Shown: positions 33,333-42,601 of the stretch, piece by piece
Layout of the letters: the number at the start of each line of letters is the position of its first letter
Numbering within the stretch: position 1 is the stretch's first letter
Virus record (IMG/VR): IMGVR_UViG_3300048881_000734
Span: 5,116 to 69,115 of that record
From: a virus
Taxonomy: Duplodnaviria; Caudoviricetes
DNA length: 64,000 nucleotides
Strand: one strand, 5' to 3'
The notes under the pieces: generated by a model
The model's input: only the letters and a program-made list of their open reading frames with translations
Told to the model about the DNA's origin: nothing
Databases searched by the model: none
Program-made: the position numbers and the translations under genes

Positions 33333-33984
33333 TTAGATCCTCCAGCTGTATTCGAAATTGTGATGTTTTATTATACCACATCTCAAGCTTTTGTGCAGCT
33401 GTTTCTCTCTCTTTTTCGGTTTCCGCGGTGGACATAGCTTCTTCATATTTTGTCATATACTCAAGACGCTTATCAACAAACCCACCTACAAGCGGGATGC
33501 ACTTCTTAAAAGCGAGATGCTTATTTAGCCGAGCTTTTCCTCTGGAGCCTGGAGAGGGATCCTTAAAATCATCGGGTGTCAATGATGGAAACAAAAACAC
33601 ACCAACTCGCTCATGCTTTCGGTCAAACATTAGATAAAGGAAATCACAGCTTCCCTTCTTTTCCAGCGTGGCTTTATCGGTCTGAAGATGCCATGATCCC
33701 GTCTTTCCCTGGCACACTACCTTGCACTCAAGCTCCCTATCACCCAGGCAGCTGATTACGATATCAGCCATACCTGTACGGCCGTCATTCTTGCACTCAC
33801 CAAATGACTCGTGGATGGCCTTGGCAAAAAAATGCTCTTGAGCGGCTGAGATTAGAATGTTTTGGCGCCCAACATCACCCGTGATATCAATGCCATGGCT
33901 ATGATATAGCCCCTTAATATCTGAAAATAGTTGATTAATATTTCGAATCGCGCGAACAGATGAATCTCTAGTGAGATATTGCAT
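33319..33984 (-). CDS. PD-(D/E)xK restriction-endonuclease-like protein
   Basis: E...ADIVI..ELECKV, DFLYL. Confidence 0.55.
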   Translation of the reverse strand: MQYLTRDSSVRAIRNINQLFSDIKGLYHSHGIDITGDVGRQNILISAAQEHFFAKAIHESFGECKNDGRTGMADIVISCLGDRELECKVVCQGKTGSWHLQTDKATLEKKGSCDFLYLMFDRKHERVGVFLFPSLTPDDFKDPSPGSRGKARLNKHLAFKKCIPLVGGFVDKRLEYMTKYEEAMSTAETEKERETAAQKLEMWYNKTSQFRIQLEDLNEIC

Positions 33985-34026
33985 AGATTGCTCCTATGGG
34001 CCTATATGTGGGTCTTCCACATTCTT

Positions 34027-34054
34027 ATTATACCCCAATGTAAGCAATTTTACA
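34027..34054 (-). promoter_or_regulatory. Class A promoter
   Basis: TGTAAA-N16-TATAAT. Confidence 0.6.
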
Positions 34055-34061
34055 CAATTAT

Positions 34062-34424
34062 TCAATCTCCCAACACATTATTTCGCACTTTTTCAGTGAT
34101 TGCCATACCCTTCGGTATTGCTGTCGCGAGGGGATCCAACCCAAGCACTAAACGAACCTTATCATAAATTTCCTGAGGCAAACCGGTTCTCAAAACATTC
34201 ATGTCTGCATACTGATGTAGATCCAAGTTTACGATAGGGATTGGTTCCCCAGTTGGCCCCGGTTCAAACTCCCCTGTCTCACACGCCTCAAAGATAAACA
34301 AAACATTGGGCATTTTCTCTGTAGGGGGTACATCTATGAACGGTATCTTTGACGTCAACCCATCATCAGCTTCTTCATAACAAATTTCTGGCACCCAATG
34401 GGTGGCTCTTTCTTCAAATGACAC
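34062..34424 (-). CDS. Hypothetical protein
   Basis: GGAG SD, 120 aa. Confidence 0.7.
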   Translation of the reverse strand: MSFEERATHWVPEICYEEADDGLTSKIPFIDVPPTEKMPNVLFIFEACETGEFEPGPTGEPIPIVNLDLHQYADMNVLRTGLPQEIYDKVRLVLGLDPLATAIPKGMAITEKVRNNVLGD

Positions 34425-34477
34425 AAATCCCTCCGTCTCTGTGGATTATATTAAAAAAGCGAACAGATTAAAGTAAA

Positions 34478-35749
34478 TCACATTGACAATAGGTCTTCTT
34501 CTAAACCCAGAATAATGTCTGCGAATTCTTTTCCCTTTGGTCCGGTCTTGGCAATCGTTTCTAAATCTGCACGTGGCATTTCAGCAACGAAGCCGATTAA
34601 TTCGCCCAAACTCTGTTGCTTTGCTTGCGTAACAACATCACCAAACGCAGCAGCGATAACGCCTTGCTCTATAATTGGGTCCCAAGCCTCTGGCGGAGCA
34701 TCATCAGGTATTGCACCACCATCCGGCAGTTGCTTCAAGTCTTCCAGTATTTTTTCAGCCTCTTCGCCGCCGGCGGCAATAATATCTTTCTGTTCCTGGA
34801 TTGCTTTTTCAGTTTCAGCGGCTTGAGGCTGAAGATCGATTCCAGCTTGTGCGAGGGGGGGAATAAGCTGGAATAATTCGTCAAGTGACTTCGCTTGTGT
34901 GACGGCATTTAAGCCCTCAAGCATCTCTCCGTACTGAGCTTTTACGGCTTCAACTTCAGCTTTTTTATTAGCGATTATATCGTCAGCGTAGCCCCCTATT
35001 TTTTCGCCTGCACCTGAATTTTCTAGCCAGTCGGCAGCCATTTCTTCCATCTCGGAGTCGTTAAAGTCAACATCTTTCTTCTCTTCCTCACCTTCACGGA
35101 GGATCATTTCTAGTTCATCTATCTCATCCAAGCCCTCAGATTGGCCAGTGCGTACGCCCATATTAGCTGTTGTCAACCCCATATCAGGGCCAAAGAATAA
35201 GTTCTTTAAGTCGTCCATTATCCCTCGAATTGGACCCTTGTCACCGGCTTGAGCTTTAGCTGGAATGTATCCTGAACCAAGACCCATCATTTTACCCATG
35301 TTTCCGAACTTATCTCCCAAGAACTCAGTAACAGGCTCTGCTGTTTCCGCCACCTCTTTCCCAAGCACGCCACCCAAATAGACTCCGGGGTTCATCATGA
35401 ACATGATCAACTGCGCATCAGGAGATGATAAAGCCTCGACTGTCGAAGACATTGCTGTTTTCATTTCCCCCTTGTATTTTTCTCGATCGGACCGGAACTT
35501 ATCCATTAATTGCTTCTGCTTCTCGGGATTAAATGTGAACGCAGACTCAATCGTTGTAAGAGTACCTGCAGCCACATCTTTAACGGCAACCTGGGCTACC
35601 TTGAATACGTCAACGAAGGGACCTATGAATGTGTTGTAAAACTCATCTGCAGAGGGTGGGACAAGATCACCCCATGTAACATCTTCGAGCTGTTCACTTA
35701 AGATTTTTCGAATCTCATTTCTTACAAATATTTCGTCAAGCTCTCTCAT
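34478..35749 (-). CDS. Acidic helical protein with tag-like N-terminus (virion candidate)
   Basis: FVRNEIRKILSE; very E/D/A-rich. Confidence 0.7.
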   Translation of the reverse strand: MRELDEIFVRNEIRKILSEQLEDVTWGDLVPPSADEFYNTFIGPFVDVFKVAQVAVKDVAAGTLTTIESAFTFNPEKQKQLMDKFRSDREKYKGEMKTAMSSTVEALSSPDAQLIMFMMNPGVYLGGVLGKEVAETAEPVTEFLGDKFGNMGKMMGLGSGYIPAKAQAGDKGPIRGIMDDLKNLFFGPDMGLTTANMGVRTGQSEGLDEIDELEMILREGEEEKKDVDFNDSEMEEMAADWLENSGAGEKIGGYADDIIANKKAEVEAVKAQYGEMLEGLNAVTQAKSLDELFQLIPPLAQAGIDLQPQAAETEKAIQEQKDIIAAGGEEAEKILEDLKQLPDGGAIPDDAPPEAWDPIIEQGVIAAAFGDVVTQAKQQSLGELIGFVAEMPRADLETIAKTGPKGKEFADIILGLEEDLLSM

Positions 35750-35997
35750 GGTACTACAAATCCTTCTTTCTCTGGTTCATTCAACCTTACACCGGTTTGT
35801 ATCCAATAATTATCAATCAAGTTCGCCTCGAATTTATTTAATCGCTGCTTTTTTGTCTTTGGGTCTCTAGTAGAAAAATTCGAACGATCTTGTGGCGATA
35901 ATGTCACCAGCAAAACTTTCTTTAATTCTACCCAGTTCTCGACGCCCAAGACACGACCCAGGGAAACCGCTTCTTTTATTATTTCGTACTCAGTCAT
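35746..35997 (-). CDS. Hypothetical protein
   Basis: ATGA overlap. Confidence 0.65.
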   Translation of the reverse strand: MTEYEIIKEAVSLGRVLGVENWVELKKVLLVTLSPQDRSNFSTRDPKTKKQRLNKFEANLIDNYWIQTGVRLNEPEKEGFVVP

Positions 35998-36833
35998 TTA
36001 AGCAATCCTGATATGGGCAGTGGCGGCAAGTCGACTTTCTTCTGCTGCTTCTTTTCAATCAAAAATTGCTCGCTTCTTATACTATATGTGCTCTCTTTGA
36101 ATTTGAAATAGAAACCCGGGTTAGAAGCGAGAGGAATAGCAAAATTACTCTCTAATATACCGTCAATAAAGTCCTCAATAACTTCTCGCGAATAGGAGCT
36201 GAGCCCTGGTGTGGAAGAAAAACTCTTTCCCTCTGTAAGGTGCATCATCCCACGGACCTGCTCTTGAAAGTCCGCAAAAACCCCTACACCCGAAATATTC
36301 GAAAGCTTAATAACTGGATCAGGGATCAAGCGAAAATCTTCCCCGAGCTCGCCAGAGTCTAAATCACCCTTTAATTTCTCGAACATTCTTTCCAGTAATG
36401 GTGTTGTGACCTGCTGACCTCGAGAATTTAATCTAACGGCTTTTCTAAAAATCACCATCGGTGTATTACTGGATCCAGCCATTCGAATTTCTGGGTGGAG
36501 GATTTCCAATAAAACCCAACTAGATGAACCCGCAGAAAAAGGCCAAATATCCGTGCACGTTTTTTCAACTTCGGTGAGCGCGCTCAAAACAATCAGCTCA
36601 CGATTTTTAGTCTTCATGCGCTCAGCGATATCACGTGCGGAAACAACACTGGTCCCCAGATCAAGTGGGTGACGCGCGTGAGTGAACCGGCCCGACTCGT
36701 GGAGCCGCACATAGACCTTCACACACTCGAAAACCGGTCGAACGATAGGACATTGATGACAAAGAAAATCAGCTATCTCTAAAAGATCAGAATTGTCAAT
36801 ATCAGCTAGCTTGTATCGTTCTTCTACCAGCAT
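35994..36833 (-). CDS. Hypothetical protein
   Basis: 279 aa ORF. Confidence 0.7.
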   Translation of the reverse strand: MLVEERYKLADIDNSDLLEIADFLCHQCPIVRPVFECVKVYVRLHESGRFTHARHPLDLGTSVVSARDIAERMKTKNRELIVLSALTEVEKTCTDIWPFSAGSSSWVLLEILHPEIRMAGSSNTPMVIFRKAVRLNSRGQQVTTPLLERMFEKLKGDLDSGELGEDFRLIPDPVIKLSNISGVGVFADFQEQVRGMMHLTEGKSFSSTPGLSSYSREVIEDFIDGILESNFAIPLASNPGFYFKFKESTYSIRSEQFLIEKKQQKKVDLPPLPISGLLK

Positions 36834-37862
36834 CTATGCAGAATCCGCTAAGTTTAACTTCGATTGTAGTTTTAGTTCATCATCCTGCTTCGAAATCTTA
36901 TTAGCGGCGCGTAATTTCTGACGAAGGTATTTGAGAGTACCATTCAAGCTAGATCTATCAGCCGTACCTCTCTTCAGCCCATCACGTTGATCAGCTGTAT
37001 CATCAATCCGGCTTGTCAAATCCTTAATACAAGCAGAGCTTCCAAAATCTACAATCTGCCCACCAACACAACGATGAGAGTCTGAAGCAGAATAGTTCTC
37101 TAAAACGATTCGTAACTGCAGAGATTTGTCGGCAATTTCACCAACAATAATCGGTGCCTCGCCCGGGGGGAGGTTATCAATCCCAACTTCTTCGGGCTCG
37201 CCAGCTGGAGTTTGGGATTTTTCTTTATCTTCCGGCTTGGATATCTTTATCCCCATCTGACTTGGACGCGGGGCATCCTCACCAGAGGTTCCGCCAGTTA
37301 AGATGGCTCCGATTGCAGCAAGATATGCGAAGAGCGCATCAGTCTCGCCATGGCCAAGCTCATCAAAGTAATCTTCTAATGCTCCGGAAATTTCCTCATC
37401 TTTGAGGCTTTTTCCTGCCCTCAGATTATTGATCTGCTTTTCTATTTGTGCATAGGAAATCATGGCAGGAAGAACATCAGGAGCCTGGACTTCGAAGTCT
37501 CCCTCATTCCCTTCATCTTCATCATCACCGCCGGGCTTCGGCTTAGCTTCTATCTTGCCTTCATCTTCATCTTCATCTTCATCATCATCATCATCTCCCT
37601 CATCGGTAATTTCTTCTTTCTTCGCCTTTGGGGGAGCGCGGAGTTTTTCATCATCAATTAACTTAGAAAGCGCAGCTTGCTTAGATTCTTCATCGGCTAT
37701 CTGAAATTCTTCCAATAAAATTGTTGAAGCAATGATGCCAGCGATTTCATTTAGATTTCTTTTCATTTTTTCCTCGTATCCATCGAACTGAATTTTGCCA
37801 TCGCTCAGAATAAAGCCGCACTCTCTCTCGCTGAACGTGATGCTGATCATCCTTCGCGACAC
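36834..37862 (-). CDS. Acidic low-complexity protein
   Basis: DDDDDEDEDEDE tract; TILLEE; start uncertain (possibly MKRNL). Confidence 0.7.
   Translation of the reverse strand: MSRRMISITFSERECGFILSDGKIQFDGYEEKMKRNLNEIAGIIASTILLEEFQIADEESKQAALSKLIDDEKLRAPPKAKKEEITDEGDDDDDEDEDEDEGKIEAKPKPGGDDEDEGNEGDFEVQAPDVLPAMISYAQIEKQINNLRAGKSLKDEEISGALEDYFDELGHGETDALFAYLAAIGAILTGGTSGEDAPRPSQMGIKISKPEDKEKSQTPAGEPEEVGIDNLPPGEAPIIVGEIADKSLQLRIVLENYSASDSHRCVGGQIVDFGSSACIKDLTSRIDDTADQRDGLKRGTADRSSLNGTLKYLRQKLRAANKISKQDDELKLQSKLNLADSA
37561..37596. repeat. Coding (TCATCT)n/(TCA)n microsatellite
   Basis: Encodes the D/E tract. Confidence 0.8.
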
Positions 37863-37944
37863 TCTCTTGCGCTTTCCTTTTCCGAGCCTGTTTCTCCTCG
37901 ATATCTTTCATGAATTTTTCAAAATACGACATTGTCTCCTCCAA
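37747..37944 (-). CDS. Small basic hypothetical protein
   Basis: GGAG SD before MSYFE. Confidence 0.5.
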   Translation of the reverse strand: MEETMSYFEKFMKDIEEKQARKRKAQESVAKDDQHHVQRERVRLYSERWQNSVRWIRGKNEKKSK

Positions 37945-38374
37945 ATGTTAAGCTAAGCAAAAACTGATGAGGAGCTAGTTTCATAAAGTCCCAGCATTCT
38001 AAGACTGTATTATTACAAGAAAAACCCGCAGCTCCATTTAGCTTGATATTAATTTCTTCATCGTTGGACATAGAACCGTGAAGGCGCTTAAGCACATCCT
38101 GTGTGATATTGGTTACCTCAAATGAGAGAATCATTTTATCATTTAACTGACGGATGGTGTGTAGGGTTCCAGGCAACTCGACCATATCCATAACATCATC
38201 AATGCCAGAGATGAACAGCGCGTGGCTGTCGGCGGAAGAGAGCGGTGTTTGGCGCTGGCCAGCAGCCCCATCCATTAATTCTCGCAAACCCTCTGACATG
38301 ATCATGTTATCTGGATTCCCCAACACGCGCTCATATTCTTCATTTATTACTCTTATGTTATTATCTGTAGCCAT
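37919..38374 (-). CDS. Hypothetical protein
   Basis: 151 aa ORF. Confidence 0.65.
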   Translation of the reverse strand: MATDNNIRVINEEYERVLGNPDNMIMSEGLRELMDGAAGQRQTPLSSADSHALFISGIDDVMDMVELPGTLHTIRQLNDKMILSFEVTNITQDVLKRLHGSMSNDEEINIKLNGAAGFSCNNTVLECWDFMKLAPHQFLLSLTFGGDNVVF

Positions 38375-38768
38375 ATCCTACATCTCCCAATAGACTCACG
38401 TCATTAAAAATATCATCGCACCGGCTTGCATACTCTAAATCAAGCTCTGTCACAGCATCTAAATCATGAGTCCAGACCTCAACCACAACACCCATCCCAT
38501 CGGCTAAAATGCGGCCGTTGTGGCCTGATTGCACTTCATCTTCCAATAATTCTTTCAAGAACCAATTCCGCCTTTCGATATCTTCAAAATCAAACTTCCT
38601 CACCAAGCGCTCAGGGTCGGCGGCAACCGCCCAAGTACTTTCTTCAGCAGAAAGGGGGAGCTCGTCCACATGCTCGACGACTAAACCAAACATGTCTCCG
38701 TCAGGAGACTTTTGTTTATTAAGATAGTTTTTCATCACTGATCGAAGCATCATTAATCCTCCTGTCAC
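38361..38768 (-). CDS. Pterin-4a-carbinolamine dehydratase-like protein
   Basis: LVRKFDF..GHN..VEVWTHD..VTELDLEYA. Confidence 0.7.
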   Translation of the reverse strand: MTGGLMMLRSVMKNYLNKQKSPDGDMFGLVVEHVDELPLSAEESTWAVAADPERLVRKFDFEDIERRNWFLKELLEDEVQSGHNGRILADGMGVVVEVWTHDLDAVTELDLEYASRCDDIFNDVSLLGDVGYGYR

Positions 38769-39802
38769 CCACGTACATTCATCGCATCTACGACAGATTG
38801 CATTAGTTTAGAGTGAGGTAATCCATCAAAGTAGGCTTTGGCTCTGTCGGCAAGATTGCCTTTTCCGTCGGCTGCTGGCAGATCTTTTAATTCTTTCACA
38901 GGATCCAGACCAAGCTTCTTAGCATCCCGGACCATCTTGTTATACACATTAGTCAAGAATCCATCCCATATAAAAAACTTCAGTGGGTCCCAACCTCGAG
39001 CTGCATCTGGTGCTGACTTGAGCTCATCTGCATCTTGCTGCTCAATCGCTTCCAGCTCAAGCAAAGCATTCGCGAAGAAGTCTAGCGCCCACACGTGGAT
39101 CTGATCCATATCACCAGGGAAATCATCGTATATTAATCTGAAGTGCTTCAGCGCGTCGCCCTCAATCTTCTTTACGCCGCTGGTACTGAGGCCCATCTCC
39201 TGAGCAATTTGATCAAGCGTTACTTCACCAGCATGTGGATCCCCTCGATCTATCGCTTCTAAGTCATCATCAGATGGGCCCCAATCATCGTCGTCGTCGT
39301 CGTCGAAGCGTGAGCCAAGCTTAAATTCGTCCCATCGGCCCTGTTCGCTGAGCAATGAAAGTAGCAGCTGGTTTTTGATTATTGCTCGAGCTTCTTGTAC
39401 TTCTTCAGGTTCATTCATGCCACCCTGATCAACAACTTCCACACTTACGACTTCATGGTCATCGACAAACTTCTTAAATTTCGCGTAGGTCTTTTCGGCA
39501 ATTTCGGCATCGTCTGGTAACTTCTGTGCCAGTGCATAAAGGGCACGGGCGAGATCTTGGTTATTGACTGGCGCGTATTCGGGATCATCCACCGGTGGCA
39601 TATCTTCGCTTAACTGCGTTGACATCTGGGGCTGTGGACTGATTGGCATTGTGAGAGGATCTTCTTCCTCTGGGCCATCATCTACAAATTGCGTACCGGC
39701 TCTCTCGCCGTCAGCCCAACTCGACTCGCTATATTTCGGATATGTATCTTCGAAAAGTAGCTTTCTAGCTTGGTGCCTTAAATTGTTAAAGTTCTTTCTC
39801 AT
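38765..39802 (-). CDS. Acidic protein with tag-like segments and a short HTH-like motif
   Basis: LRHQARKLLFE; SLLSE; TLDQIAQEMGLSTSGVKKIE. Confidence 0.65.
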   Translation of the reverse strand: MRKNFNNLRHQARKLLFEDTYPKYSESSWADGERAGTQFVDDGPEEEDPLTMPISPQPQMSTQLSEDMPPVDDPEYAPVNNQDLARALYALAQKLPDDAEIAEKTYAKFKKFVDDHEVVSVEVVDQGGMNEPEEVQEARAIIKNQLLLSLLSEQGRWDEFKLGSRFDDDDDDDWGPSDDDLEAIDRGDPHAGEVTLDQIAQEMGLSTSGVKKIEGDALKHFRLIYDDFPGDMDQIHVWALDFFANALLELEAIEQQDADELKSAPDAARGWDPLKFFIWDGFLTNVYNKMVRDAKKLGLDPVKELKDLPAADGKGNLADRAKAYFDGLPHSKLMQSVVDAMNVRG

Positions 39803-39820
39803 TACGAACCACCTCACTAC

Positions 39821-39827
39821 TAAATAT
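39821..39827 (-). promoter_or_regulatory. Class B promoter element
   Basis: ATATTTA, then GAGGTG SD. Confidence 0.45.
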
Positions 39828-39847
39828 GAAGAAGTTTAGTAGTTTTT

Positions 39848-40297
39848 CTATTGACCTGCAGCTTGATTCATCGCAACGCCTGCTCCGATAGTAATTCCCA
39901 CACCGGTAACGATTCCAATGATCAAAACCCACTCCGGAGACAGCTTCGGTTTGGTGAGCCTTTCTTCTAAGAAAATGCTGTAATCTCTATAACCTGTAAG
40001 CTGCGTTTCGTAAAGATCGGTTCGTATCTGAAAATTTGAGTTACACGTATCAAGCTCTAATTGCTTAGCGGCCAGAGCGGTTGAGACCGCTAAGTCGATA
40101 TTCGCTTGACAACGTGCCTGTTGCTGCTCAAGATTCGCGAGCAGAACCGCGGCATCGGTGGTGGTCAGAATCACCCCATCAAATGGAGCGGGGTCTCCTT
40201 CCTTGATAGGAATAGGCTCTGCACCGTAAGAAATTGTAGGGTAAAATATAAGGAACGCGCATATCCACGCGACCATTATTGTCTGAAATAATTTCAT
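39848..40297 (-). CDS. Exported coiled-coil protein with C-terminal TM (lysis accessory candidate)
   Basis: Signal peptide, APFDGVIL, C-terminal hydrophobic helix. Confidence 0.5.
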   Translation of the reverse strand: MKLFQTIMVAWICAFLIFYPTISYGAEPIPIKEGDPAPFDGVILTTTDAAVLLANLEQQQARCQANIDLAVSTALAAKQLELDTCNSNFQIRTDLYETQLTGYRDYSIFLEERLTKPKLSPEWVLIIGIVTGVGITIGAGVAMNQAAGQ

Positions 40298-40314
40298 ACC
40301 AAACTGTATGAAAA

Positions 40315-41346
40315 TTAGCTGTTTAGTAAACCAGCAAGCTTACGCCAGCGCTCAAGGACGAGGTCACCATCAACGTGCTGCGATTCTTTCTTTCCAGTCC
40401 GACCTTTCAGCTCTTCTTCCTTCGCACCGCCCGTGGGCGCGCCAATTCCCTCTTGGCCCTCTTCCCAACCGTAAGGTTCATTTACGTCAACCTCACCTGC
40501 CGAGAGAGCCGCCACTGCTTCCGGAACATCGGGCTCATCAATAACGGGCATATCTTCGCGCGTCGGGGCACTACCAGGAAGATCGAAGCTCACTGCTCCA
40601 AGGTTCGTTACAAACTTATCAACCGCAGCGTCGACTGCTGCTTCACCCACTTCGTCTGTCCACTTTTCGATGGTCGACTGTACGACATCGGGGTCCATCT
40701 GATACGCACCGTTCTGAAGATACTTTTCTAGCTGATCGCGAATCGGACCCTCTTCAAACTGATCGAAGCCGCCGGTTGCGGGCTTACCCGCTGTAACGCC
40801 AAACCGTCCTACGGTCAATGCGTTCAAAACAGGAATCAACTGGTCAGCTGGAAAATCAACACCATAACCACCGATTTGAGCAGAGGGATCTACCATAGCT
40901 GTTGCAACCCAGCGGTGGTGGCCATCCATGATATGCTTATCGCTAGAAATGAATGCGCCAAGGTCCCCACCGGCTTTGTCGTCTCTGATCATACCAAGAG
41001 CCATGCTAAGCGCTTTCTCAATATTCATACTGGATTGAGAGGGCTTTAAGTCACCAACTGAAAACGAAGCGCCCCCAACATTGATTACATCATCCGCACT
41101 TCCGCCATCAGTTTCATCCTTACCAGACGAGACTACTGCATGAGCCTTATCAACATCACTAGCAACTGCCGAAAGTGGAAGTGGAAAGCGTGCCGTATCA
41201 ACTTTCTTAGGATCGGCATCCTCTCTTAAAACTTCTCGAATTTCTTTTAAGATCACATTTCGTAATTGGTTGCTACCCACTCTCGTGGGTGTGGATGTTG
41301 TAGACTTCATCCCTAAAGCTTCTTTTAGTGTTCTTCTTCTTTTCAT
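40315..41346 (-). CDS. ParB/sulfiredoxin-like domain protein with tag-like segment
   Basis: LKPSQ, IMDGHHRW; LRNVILKEIREVLRE; C-terminal ERWRKLAGLL. Confidence 0.7.
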   Translation of the reverse strand: MKRRRTLKEALGMKSTTSTPTRVGSNQLRNVILKEIREVLREDADPKKVDTARFPLPLSAVASDVDKAHAVVSSGKDETDGGSADDVINVGGASFSVGDLKPSQSSMNIEKALSMALGMIRDDKAGGDLGAFISSDKHIMDGHHRWVATAMVDPSAQIGGYGVDFPADQLIPVLNALTVGRFGVTAGKPATGGFDQFEEGPIRDQLEKYLQNGAYQMDPDVVQSTIEKWTDEVGEAAVDAAVDKFVTNLGAVSFDLPGSAPTREDMPVIDEPDVPEAVAALSAGEVDVNEPYGWEEGQEGIGAPTGGAKEEELKGRTGKKESQHVDGDLVLERWRKLAGLLNS

Positions 41347-41375
41347 TTCAATCCCCTTGGGCGGTTCAATATCAT

Positions 41376-41382
41376 TAAATAT
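41376..41382 (-). promoter_or_regulatory. Class B promoter element
   Basis: ATATTTA. Confidence 0.45.
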
Positions 41383-41387
41383 TCGCT

Positions 41388-41792
41388 CTAATGCAAATAT
41401 TCCTTAAGCTTCGAAGCAATATCTTCTTCTGGTGATTCAGAGGCAAGAATTTCTTTTACTCTTTTTCTCTTCTCTTCATCAAGCGCCTCAAGCTTTTTCT
41501 GAAATTCCTCTTCCGCTTCCTCATTCGAGGAAAGAAATTTCTCTAGATTTTTGCGGAGTGCCTCTCTCTCTTTTTCAGAAGCCTCCGCCTCAGAGTCAAG
41601 TAATAAATCGACAAGCTTATTTTTCTCTTCCAAAACTTTCCTGGCATCACTACCTCGTCGTGTAATCGCTAGCATCCCCAAGATCCCTACGACAACCCCG
41701 ACCAGAAGCTCCCACCTTTCCCTACACCACGAAAGAAAAGAAGCCCATCCGGCCTTAATAGCTAACCACGTTATCACTTGCCGTGTCTCCAA
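41388..41792 (-). CDS. N-terminal TM plus coiled coil (i-spanin-like topology)
   Basis: LLVGVVVGILGMLAIT followed by E/K-rich helix. Confidence 0.45.
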   Translation of the reverse strand: METRQVITWLAIKAGWASFLSWCRERWELLVGVVVGILGMLAITRRGSDARKVLEEKNKLVDLLLDSEAEASEKEREALRKNLEKFLSSNEEAEEEFQKKLEALDEEKRKRVKEILASESPEEDIASKLKEYLH

Positions 41793-42034
41793 GCGATCGC
41801 TGCGTCAATGACAGATTGACCGCCGATGTAAATCATTGCAATCATTCCCCACGTTTCGCTATCCAGGCTGGCCCAAGCCAGCAATCCGGTTGCTGTTAAA
41901 AACACAAAAAATTTCCGAGATATGACTCGGCCAACAATTCTATCCAGAAGCCCTAGCTTTTCGCCCTCAATAAGCGCTTGCGCTTCTTTCATACCAATTT
42001 CATTATCACCCATTGTAGCTCCTGGTTTTGCCAT
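41774..42034 (-). CDS. Two-TM holin-like protein
   Basis: SRKFFVFLTATGLL..WGMIAMIYIGGQSVID; AGGAG SD favours start at 42013. Confidence 0.5.
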   Translation of the reverse strand: MAKPGATMGDNEIGMKEAQALIEGEKLGLLDRIVGRVISRKFFVFLTATGLLAWASLDSETWGMIAMIYIGGQSVIDAAIAWRHGK

Positions 42035-42041
42035 TAAGTAT
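42035..42041 (-). promoter_or_regulatory. Class B promoter element
   Basis: ATACTTA. Confidence 0.35.
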
Positions 42042-42048
42042 ATCCAAA

Positions 42049-42312
42049 TTAATTATCGTCACGCGTGTTGGAAAACCCAAACATTAACTGAGCAGGGTCT
42101 ATTTCTGTTAAAAAATGTGTTACCATCTCTTGAATATTTCGAACATCATTAGCAACCAAATCATTGTTCCTAGAAATTGCTACTATCGCGCTCTGTAAAT
42201 TTTGCAGCGTCAATGACAGCGATCGGTAGTCTCTCTCTAACTGAGTGATTCGTTCCAATGCCGCTTTGAGTTCCTCATCTTTTTTTTTATCTTTAGAAGA
42301 TGACCACCACAT
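42049..42312 (-). CDS. Coiled-coil hypothetical protein
   Basis: 87 aa heptad pattern. Confidence 0.6.
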   Translation of the reverse strand: MWWSSSKDKKKDEELKAALERITQLERDYRSLSLTLQNLQSAIVAISRNNDLVANDVRNIQEMVTHFLTEIDPAQLMFGFSNTRDDN

Positions 42313-42313
42313 T

Positions 42314-42601
42314 TTATTTCTCCGCAGAAGAATCTTTTAGAATATCATACTTTTCGATTACATCAAAAACGCTTTCTGCATCGGTACCGACAACCTTGCG
42401 TAATTCTTTGTCACCCTTCTCACTAGATATCTTCTCCACTATTTTAACCAAAGCGGGGTCTCCGTTAACCAACCGAGAAATAAGACCCTCTACAATCTCT
42501 TGCATCGAAAGCTTTTTCCGGAAAGCAAGTACTCGGAATTCGGCGTGGGTCTCTGTAAGAAGATTAAAGTGTACCGACTTCTTGCGCACCCAGTTGCTCA
42601 T
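42314..42601 (-). CDS. Ribbon-helix-helix-like small protein
   Basis: KSVHFNL..HAEFRVLA..SMQEIVEGLI. Confidence 0.55.
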   Translation of the reverse strand: MSNWVRKKSVHFNLLTETHAEFRVLAFRKKLSMQEIVEGLISRLVNGDPALVKIVEKISSEKGDKELRKVVGTDAESVFDVIEKYDILKDSSAEK

